DNA of 62,811 nt, filler included, from Sphacelaria rigidula (Eukaryota): the NCBI GenBank assembly GCA_964200075.2. It is 10 parts of 10 records of this genome, joined end to end, with 100 filler letters (N's around TTAATTAATTAA, not from the genome) between each part and the next. Parts side by side here need not be neighbours in the genome. Positions count along the whole stretch, not along the records: positions 50,330 to 56,520 come from CAXNAA020021626.1; positions 56,621 to 62,811 come from CAXNAA020021627.1; 8 more parts are not named here. One strand, given 5' to 3'. A program made the translations under genes and the position numbers. Positions 53,557-62,811 of the stretch are shown one piece after another (the first letter of the stretch is position 1; every line of letters starts with the position of its first letter). A model generated the notes under the pieces. The model was not told where the DNA came from. It ran no database searches and saw only the letters and a list, made by a program, of their open reading frames with translations.

Positions 53557-55542
53557 ATGGAGCGACCACCCCGTTCAGGGGCATCCGATCGCCGCGATCG
53601 AACCGCCTCCCCCCTCGCTGCCCACGTCCAACAAAAAGGCACGCTCCCCGCCCTGCCCCCCCCCTGCCCTCTACTCGAATTGGTCAACTCAAACCGCCGG
53701 CGATTAATCACATCCACTGCCGCCGGTGAAATGTCTGGGCCCGCGCCTCGAAGGTTAGACGAAAGCGAGGGGGGAACCCTCGCGAACAGCCTCACGCAAA
53801 ACTTCATCGACTGCTTCGAGGTGCCTCTGAGCCAGATAAGGCTGACCGCGTTCACGCGCCCAATTAACGACAGAGGTCTCGACGTGATGGTAAGTCCATC
53901 ACGGAGAACGGATGGCTCCGTCACGCCGCGCCCGCGCTTGTGGTGCAGAGGGAAGGACTGCCGAACCGCGGATTCACTGAAGACTGCACCCTGTCAATAG
54001 TTCATATAGTACTCGACGGTAACCATCGACTCGCGGCGGCCAAGAAGATCATGAGCAGAGACACGAGACTACGCTGCCGGGTTCACTACGCGTTCGACGC
54101 CGCCGCTATGAGAGTATTGGGCGACTGTGAGTTGCCGCGCGCCTATGTTCGTGCTTGTTGTGTACCCGCCAAAGTCGCCACGATCCAAAGACGTCAGGCG
54201 ACCCACGTTTTCTGTTTCTCAATTAACCTCCGTCTCTGTGTCGCCCCGCTTGTGACGTACAGCAATATTGCCCGTCGTGAGTCGTTTGTCTCATGTTTTT
54301 AAAGTTGAAATCGTGTATGAGTCGAGGTATGCATGCCACGTGTAGACGTAGTCGCGAGTCCCCTGCACCATATTGAGGTGCCCAGCATCTGAGCACCGCA
54401 GGCGTGTGTGTCACATACCTAAGCACAGCCGTCTGTGCAAGTATCACTCATACGACTTCTTTATTTTAGGACATGAATCTCTTGAGGTCGCCCTCGATTG
54501 CCATACCACTAGCTGACGTTTCCCCGGCCCTTCTCATACCTCCCCCCCCACCACCCCCCCTTCCCCTACCTGCATTTGCTCCTTCTGCTGTAATGTTCGT
54601 ATGCCCTCGGCAGCACTCAATGATGCCACGGAGACCATAACCGCGCGGACAACGTATGACACTTTATATCTCCACGCCGAGAACATGAAGGGCATCAAGA
54701 AGAGGAACAAAAAGACGAACGTAACCGCGCAGGAGATGGCCAAAGCTTACCGGACGGTGCGTTCACACGTGATACAAGTGCTGCACTCAGTACATACCCG
54801 GTTGCCCTGAATCCCTCCGTTTTTTTTTCATTTTTTTGTCATGTTTCATTATTTTGCCCTTTTTAGCACGTATCGTTCCATTTTTCTTGTTGTCGAGTGT
54901 CCACTCCTTCCAGTGCTTTGCTTGTGTAATCTTCTATCCCTTTTTCCGACGTCTTGGTCTGTTAAGTCGTCCAGATCGAATTTTTTTGTTCTATCCCCTG
55001 TGCAAGATACGTCTATCATGTCACCACGGCTGAATCCGGGGGGGATTACTTTGCGTGCGGCCATCAGGGAATCAATCGATCAAACAAACACCCCGCTCCT
55101 GATCGCGTGATCTTTGAGCAGTGTTGACGGCAACTTCTTTCGTGCCCGAAATCCTTCCCGCTTGAAATGAGGCGGACGCTTCAGCGCCGCAGCCCGTTTG
55201 ATTCCATGACGCCACGGTGATGGTCGGGTACAGAAATGTTCGCATGATTCACACATACATCCTCCTGTCCGCACGATGCCTTGAATTCCTTTTTGCCACG
55301 GACGTGGGAAACCCACAGGCGGGAATCAATCCACCCAGCGTTCAGACGCTCCGAATCTGGAAGAAGGTAGTGTGTGGTCTATCCCAGGAAGCATTTGAAG
55401 CAGTCCGCGACGTCTTCCAGAGTGCGGAATAAAATACCAACGCCAAGCATGCGTCGCTGAATTTTTTTACACACAAAAACTTCACGACGTTGAAGGCGGA
55501 CGACCCGACGGCCCAAGCTCTGGCCGTGCATATCATGGCGAG
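53557..55542 (+). CDS. Spliced ParB/Srx-domain protein with HTH-like segment; exons about 53557 (or 53731)-53889, 53949-54126, 54614-54756, 55319-55542; in-frame TAA at 55430-55432 (premature or true end)
   Basis: Splice sites ATG|GTAAGT, GCAG|, T|GTGAGT, GCAG|, ACG|GTGCGT, ACAG| are phase-compatible (0,1,0). Joined protein: EVPLSQIRLTAFTRPINDRGLDVMREGLPNRGFTEDCTLSIVHIVLDGNHRLAAAKK...LRCRV...RVLGDSLNDATE...TAQEMAKAYRTAGINPPSVQTLRIWKK. DGNHRLAA matches the ParB/Srx core DGxHR motif. Confidence 0.78.
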
Positions 55543-57754
55543 GTGTGAACCCAGATACATATTGATGCAGCACTTAGACTTTAGTTTCGTATGCGCGTTT
55601 TTTGCTTGAAATTAAGCTCCTCACACTCTTTTTATAAGCTTTTTATTATTTCTTTAAGCCCCACGTAAGGTTTTTGAGCGCAAATTAGGCGCGCTTTATG
55701 CGCCTGATTCCCGTCCTTGTTGTGGTGTTGTGGTAGTACCCCTTCACGAGGCGCATCTTCTAGCACAAGGACAAGACGACTAGTTGGGCATTCAAAGTTT
55801 TGATGCTCATTTTAAATTGAAAAACAAAGCTTTTCATCAGTCATCAGGTTTGAAGGCCACAACCTGCACACCTACACCCTAGCCCACGTACAGAAACAAC
55901 AAATGAGTGCTACTACACTTATGATACATGATGCAGCAGTAGGGCATTGTAGCCTGTAGACACGGGGCATTGCAGCTGTTGGCCTCTCGCCTGGCAAGCT
56001 ACAAGCTACCAACTTTCCCCCCCATCATCTACCGTCGGTCGACATTGAAAATCTTGTCGAACTACGTGAACCGGCTGTACGCTGTACAAGTGTACTACTG
56101 ACTACAGTAGCCTCAGTCACATTTTTGAAAAGAACATAGAACAGCAAATTGTGCGAATTGAGGTTCAACTCTGAGATGAGGTTCAAGTGGGCAACCCGAC
56201 TTGCCAATTATTTGTAGTAGAAGTACCGAGAACAAGCTCTTATTCGGAAGAAGTAACCTGTGGAGGTGAACCCGTAACGCGTCATATTCAGTACGTCGAA
56301 GAACCGAGAGAAGTAAGTCGGGTGAGCACTCTTGTTACTCTACACCACAGGGAAAAGGGTGGCAGCGCACGGATCCCACGTCTTGCGCTAAGCCCCCCCC
56401 CTCGAGCTGCGCCAGCGCGAGGAACAACACCTCGATCGTGCCCGACAGGGTTGGGGGGGGGGGGCGTACTCATTTGTTGCTTGCCTTAGTCGTTTGACCA
56501 TTGACCACGCATCCCTTTCGNNNNNNNNNNNNNNNNNNNNNNNNNNNNNNNNNNNNNNNNNNNNTTAATTAATTAANNNNNNNNNNNNNNNNNNNNNNNN
56601 NNNNNNNNNNNNNNNNNNNNTACCTACGCGTTCCAACAGCTTGGTAAAAAGTACAGCACTTTTGGCCATCTCGTGGAACTCTTGCCGTTTCTCTTCCTTC
56701 TCTAGTTCATCGATTCTCCATTTCTACATCTTCATGCAGGAGGGTGGAGGCTGCTCTTTCGGAATGTGATTCGTGTATATGTGCCGCCCTGATGACGCGT
56801 TCAGTACATGCAGTGATGGTACAGTCCAGAGAAATGATTGAGTGGAAGGGAGTATGACTCCCTGTGGTTGCTTTGCTGTTGGTCGGTGTCGTGCTTTGTC
56901 GGCGTTCTTCAGTCGCTACGGTCTGCGATTGCCGCATCCGCGGCTAAGAGGTTCTTCAGTATGCATGTTCCTACCCGACGGCTGCAACCGCGGCACTGAC
57001 CACCAGTAGTAAATCGCCCCAGAAACATAATTACTGGCGGCCCGCTACTGTGGAGCAGTTTGTCTCCTTTCACCAGCTTCTACAAACAGCGCGGCGGCCG
57101 AGTGCTCGAATCTTTCTCATGTGCTGTGGGCTGCGGAGATTGCTGTGTTCGACGCAAGCGTACAGCAGCGGCAGCAGTACCTCCCGATTCGCATGACAAC
57201 AACGAAGCGGCAGTATTCACTTTAATAGGTAGCCCTGAATTCGAAGCTCCGATCGCAAAGTGTCATGTCTCGCACACCCAGCGGCTCGCCGGTTGCCGAA
57301 GCCACTTCCGCACCCACCAACAGAGCTCCACGGAATCAAAGTAGACTACGGATGTGGATATGGATACGCCCGTTATCTGAATTATCGCGTTCGATTGATG
57401 CCTCGACTACCGCTGCATCTGATGCAGAAGCATAACCGTCCGCACGACCCCTCAAACACTACGCTGCACCTTGCTCTTCACCCTCGACAACAAGCAACAG
57501 GGCAAAGTACGGTTTCAGGCGCACCACCATTTTCGCGGGCGACAGAGACAGCATCCTCCATCGTTGCGGGCTTTGCGCACCCGGCCCCTCGCCCGCTGCC
57601 CTGCGCACGGTTACGAAGAAGGCGGCAACCAGGCAGCACCGATGCGTTCTGCGGCGGCGATAGCACGGGGTCTCTCACCAACATCAGCAGCTTTGGTCGG
57701 GGTTGGGCAGCAGAGAGGCGGCCGCTGCGGGCGGCCCGAGTAGGAATTGTGTCG

Positions 57755-59070
57755 ATGGCTGGCCGGGAGGGCGGTGCGGGGAGAACGGAACCTCCGGCGC
57801 GGCAGAGGAAGAGGGCCGCGCCCGGCGGCGGCAGAGACGCCCAAAGAGCGTTTATGGCGGATCGCAACGGGCAGAACGCTCACTGGGGTGTCGCCTCGAT
57901 CGAGGCGGTGGGGCGAATCGAGGCAGCATGACTGTGTGGTCTAACACGGCCGCGGCGCTGCCGACGCTCCCTGAGGGGGCCAAGGTTCCCGCGATCAAGA
58001 GCGAGTGGGAGGGGGTCTGCATGAGCGGGGTGGAGCGGAAGCTGTGCAAGCCAAGTCGCAAGAGGAGGACTAGCGGAGCGGTGGCGGCAGTGGTAACATG
58101 AGCAGAAGCAGCGGCCGCAGGACCAACGTCGCCGTGGGCTTCTCCGTACCCTACTCGCTTCTTGCCTCCGACGGGTTGGCTGCAGCAGCGGCAGCAGGAA
58201 GAACAACAACAGTAAGGGGAAGGTCTGGCATCGTCCCTATCGCAGTCCGCTGCAACCGCAGCAGCACCTCCACGAACAACCCGGCAAGATGACCAGCAGC
58301 TAGAAGCCCAGGTATCCGGGGACGCGGAGAGGAAAACACCACCTCTGAAATTGGGGTTGCGAGTGTACTGCCGGGGGCTCCGGGAACGGGGATAGATAGC
58401 AACGGGGAGTGAAGAGCATGACACGAAGGGGCTATGGAAGAGCGGTGAAGGAAATGGACACAGCTGTTAGCGAGAGGGCTGGGGGGGGGGCAGCAGGAGA
58501 AGGAACACGAGGAGAAGGGTAGACCCCCCGCCGTTGAAACGCTTGCCCCCGGGAGGACCGTTCGGGGCGAGCAAGGCGGTGGCGTGGCACACGCAGCAGG
58601 TTGTGCAGTCTGCGGTGACCCCTATGCAGGTAAGAGGGTGTTGCGGTGATTTTTTGTGGAGGGGGTTCGTAGCTGTTTACCAAGGCGGGGTGAGGGGAAA
58701 GACTGAAGTTTGAGGCGTAGTATTGAAGAACAGACCTTCTCAGGAGTTTTTTTCTTGCGTTGAGTCATGACCACAGCGGTGGCATGTTACTGCCTCCACG
58801 ATTCTGTCCTGATAGTCTTCAAGTCTCTTTTTCCTTCCCCCTTTTGACTAAATACATACAACGTCACAACATGCTTCTGGCCCCCTTGCTTCTGCTTTTG
58901 TCCTTCGTCGCGGTGCACGTTTTGAAAGGCGATAGAAGCTGTCTTGGATCGCCCCCATCGGTCCAACTTTGTTTCCGTGTCGACGGCCGGGTGGCCAAGC
59001 TCACAGCGGCGCGGCGGTGCGGCGGCGCGGCGGCGGCCTGAAGAGGGAGGAGGAGCTCAATTACCTCGGG
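57755..59070 (+). pseudogene. GC-rich frameshifted coding-like region, probable 5' part of the OPR/RAP gene
   Basis: High-GC overlapping broken ORFs on the + strand, a strong donor CAG|GTAAGA near 58628, and a further fragment (VAKL...LKREEELNYLG|GTAC) near 58990-59070. Confidence 0.35.
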
Positions 59071-59382
59071 GTACTAGTTAATGTGAGAGATGTTGGTGCG
59101 GCGAGTTCTGGCAAGAGTGATGTTGGGACGGTGCAGCCTTGTTGGCATGTGTGCAGCGTACGAGCAAGTAGCTCACGACGAGAAAGGCGGTTTCTTTTGA
59201 GAAGTTCTTCGAGTAGTCTAGCTCCGTTCCCAGAGGGCAATTAATGGTTTGCTTGGTGTGCCTTTTGGAAAAGGCGCTTGCTGCCGTGCGTTCAAACAAG
59301 CACTCCGAAAATTTTCCTTTCAAAACAAGAGAAAGCGTGCAAACGATAACAACTCGCTCGATAAACGCGTGCATGCTCTCAG

Positions 59383-61027
59383 GTCACCGAGGTGCTCGTG
59401 GACGCGGACCTGGTGAACGCGCGCAACCTCGCCCAGCTTCTCTGGTCCGTCGCTAAGCTCGGCAACCCCGAGGCCTGCGACCGAGAGGTGCAGACCCACC
59501 CGGAGAAGGAGAAAGGGCTCCGCGAGATCGGTCCCCTGAGGTTCGGTAGCGGCGCCCGGGAGAAAGGGGGCTCTTCGCTCCCGGCCGAATCTCCTAGCCA
59601 GGTGTGTGTGGTGTTTTGAAGGATTGACGTGGAGCGGTAAACATGGGTGGGAAGTTTGTCGCTGTCCCGGGTCTTTTGTGTTGTAGTTCTAGGCGAGCAA
59701 TACTGGGGCCAACTGAGGTTGTAGTTGCCCGCGGTAGTTCATATGGATTTCTGTTCGGGGTAGGGTTTGGCTTTTTCGAGTGACCTGTTGTGCATTGACC
59801 GAACTGTTTTGCATGGACGCTCGTGTTCATGCGTTCGTGTCGTCCTTGTTTTTGTGTCGTAAGGAAAGTTTTGCTGATGTGACACCATCAGCGCTTAGCC
59901 CAGGCCGGAGTTTCATTTGAGTTCAGGGCCTCCAGGTGTTGCTGCTGCGACCTGCCCCCAGCGCAAAACCAGACGTTTGCCTCCGCTGACCCTATCTAAA
60001 CAACGACGCATTCATTCGGACACGGTTCTCTGTTCGCGTCCCGCTCCCATCCTCTCAAATACAACGCGACAAAAAACAGTTGAAAGTGAATTGCTAGGCT
60101 ACATATGGCTGATACTTGCAGCCCCACGCCCGTGCGTGTGTGTGACGCCTGACGTTTCTGCGCGTGAAACAGAGCTGACTCCCGTCTCTCCTGGTCGAAA
60201 AGCTGTCGGAGAGGGCGATTGAGTCGAACCCGGGGAGCTTGCCATGGCTGCTCGGGCGCTCACAGTGCCCGGAGAGGTAGCCGTCATTCTATGCGTTGTT
60301 TCTAAGCCTCACCACAAACCGCACAATGTAACGCACGCCGGTGACAACGTTTTGGCGTTTGGCAATATCATCACCCGGGTGTATTCTCTGGGGGGGGTGG
60401 GGGTGCTGTTTTGGGTGTGTTTTCTTGTGTGGTTTACGGTAGTCGTTGCCCTCCCGGACACGTAGCTGTTTGCGACGTGGCACGCTTGCGGAGACGACCC
60501 CTTTGCCCTTGCGGCGTGGGCGCAGATCCTCTCTCGGGTGGTGGTATCGGCCCAATGCTATTATTGCGGTACATTTTTTCTCTCTCCTGTTCTTCTCGAA
60601 GTTTGGCCTAATTTGACATAGTTGTTGTCTTGCTTTGTTCGTTTTCATGTAGTGCTACTTTGCGGAGATGCAGGCATGCTGGGAAAGCTTGGTGTCGCGG
60701 CATTCTGTGTATTGGAAATTCGTCTCTTGTTGGCTCGTTGTTGGCACGACGTTAACCTGCTGTGAGACCGATCGCGGAGGAGCTCTCTGCTCGTCTTAAA
60801 CCTTTACGCTATCCCCTTACTCTATCTCCATGCCTAACCTTTACTTTATCCTTGACCCTATGATAACCCTCGCCGTAACCCTTACCTTGCCGCCCCAAAC
60901 CCTTCAGCGAGACGAGAACCTGCTGTCAGCGATCGCGGAGGAGATGTCCCTCGGGGCCCACGAGTTCAAGGGGAAAGAGCCGGGGAACATCGTCTGGGCT
61001 TTCGCGGTGCTGGACTACAGAGATAAG
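59383..61027 (+). pseudogene. OPR/RAP (FASTK-like) helical-repeat RNA-binding protein, disrupted; exons 59383-59601, about 60173-60276, 60908-61027
   Basis: Repeats NARNLAQLLWSVAKLG, EPGELAMAARAL and FKGKEPGNIVWAFAVLDY resemble the F.P.EL.N..WA.A.L consensus; canonical AG/GT sites. The middle exon has a stop with either acceptor and an apparent frameshift. Confidence 0.65.
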
Positions 61028-61810
61028 GTAACGTGATGTGAATCGATCAGAACGTCATTTTTCTGTGCATGACTTTGGTGTCAGGGTGGTATTGTTTGGG
61101 TCCCATAGTCGTGACAGCTTACAGTAAGGGCCGGGGTCACATTCGACCCTTGGATTTGTTGCTGTCGGCCGACAGAGGGTTGCGTGGGTTAAAAACTTTG
61201 GTTGAAAATTGTCGAAACAGCGAAAGCACCTCAACTCATCCGCGAGCAACCGTTTTGCCTTTTCCTGTTCCTTTTCAGCGTTGCGATACCTTTTGGTATT
61301 TGTTTGTTCTGGGGGTCATTTTGTTTTCCCAAACCAGGGTCGTTTTTTTCATGTCAAGCGATAGCGTCGCGCTTGCTCCTATCCGCTTTTCCGCGGGCAA
61401 CTGTTGATGTCCCCACCATAACATTAACGACCATCTTCAATCCAACCCTCATGACCGCATGTCTAGGGAATACTTGGTCCCGTGGTCGAGGTTTTGTCGC
61501 CCGAGCTGCTGCAGTGGCGAGGCAGGGGTTCCTGGGAATGGAAGAAGGGTGCATGGTGAGAAGAAACAAAGACAACATTCAATGTATGGTGAAAAAAGAA
61601 TCAACAACTTTTTCGTGGGAGTAAAAAAAGGCAGAGATGACACAGAGAGAAGATCAGAAAACAGTACCGTGTTCTGTAGAACGTATGTTAACCTTCTACG
61701 GAGCACATGTGATCGTTTTCTTGGGTTGAAATTTGAAATACGGGTCGAAGGCGAGCGTTGAGACAGCAGTAGGATACATATATTTCTTTGTATTTTAAGG
61801 TACCTGGTAC

Positions 61811-62470
61811 TCAGTAACTCGACGTACATGCCCACGACTCTTCAGATTCCTTGGTTGGGCATCGTTTGATCATCAAGTTCAGCCACCGCGTCAACTTCGC
61901 GTCGTTGAGGTACCCACAGTCGATCCCACCATTGGGCGGTGTTGCTCGGACGTGTGCTCTCATCCTTGTATACATCCGTGCTTGGCAGTCCTTACAGCAT
62001 TTTTCTCTCAAATCTTGGCGCCGAAGTATTCGACGCATGCGCACACATCTGACGCTCCCATGATTGTGATGATGAATGCACGCAGAAAACAGATCGAGTA
62101 ATGGCCGCAGGTCCAAGGGCTGCTGGAAGGCCACGATATATCGCAGTTGGGCCATGAAGGTCGACGGGGGCACGCCGCCGCCGCCGCCGCCGCCCCGCCC
62201 GGCCGCCATGGTGATGGCGGAGAAGGCGAAAAAGGCCAAGCTGTTGGCCTAGCAGTAGAACGGAACGGTGGCTGCTGATTCTGCTGCTGCTGTTGATGGT
62301 GGTGCTGGTTTATCCTCTGAGGCTGGTGAGGTGCGTTGGGGTTGGGAGAATGCTCCTGGGATGGCTGTGTGTCGGAGTATGGTGCTGGTTTTGTGAGCGA
62401 GTTTGGTGGAGGTCGTGGTCGCGGGAATGCGATGGTATCGTCAAGGGAATTCGACAACAGGGAATGAATG
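61811..62470 (-). pseudogene. Frameshifted coding-like segment (Pro/Gln-rich, then CxxC...GYLNDAKL), product unknown
   Basis: Two overlapping minus ORFs (169 and 142 aa) with protein-like composition, ending near a CAG|GTACC donor at about 61803. Confidence 0.3.
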
Positions 62471-62711
62471 TCTACGTTCAGGGCGCCCTGAGTCGAAGAT
62501 GAGTTTGCAGGGGTCACCGGGTCGTTAATGTTTTCGTTGAAGCATTATGTTACGCGCGTCATTGTTGTCGTAGGCTCTCCCTTGCCCTCTTACCATGCAA
62601 GTCAATGTTGTTTTGCCTGAATATTCCGCTGTCTCTGTGCAACATGTAGTGCATGGAGTGAGTGCTGAGGAGTGCAGCGGTCGCTAGTTTTTCTTCGTGC
62701 ATGCACCCATA

Positions 62712-62740
62712 TCAGCAACAACAGCAGCAGCAGCAACAAT

Positions 62741-62811
<71 letters not shown>
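62712..62811. repeat. (CAA/CAG)n microsatellite at the window end
   Basis: Direct reading. Confidence 0.95.

Overview
Eukaryotic, repeat-rich, intron-containing DNA. The repeat style, poly-G/C tracts and long GT-AG introns suggest a brown alga or other stramenopile (inference only). The window is not one locus: it is ten contigs of 6191-6192 nt joined by identical 100-nt linkers (44 N + TTAATTAATTAA + 44 N), so nothing can be linked across linkers. Recognisable genes: (1) three 5' exons of MRE11 (minus, contig 2); (2) a decayed OPR/RAP-type helical-repeat gene (contig 10); (3) in contig 9, a spliced ParB/Srx-domain + HTH-like gene head-to-head with a spliced gene resembling the N-terminus of Sola/DUF7869-type transposases, the best candidate for an undescribed system. 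The rest is non-autonomous mobile DNA: a poly(C)-associated LINE-like 3' end (11 copies, 7 at contig ends), two tRNA-derived SINE families, piggyBac-like TTAA elements, Stowaway-like, CACTA-like and palindromic MITEs, a Helitron-like 3' end, satellites and microsatellites. Most ORFs in the supplied track are chance ORFs. Family assignments come from motif recognition by eye; no database searches were run.
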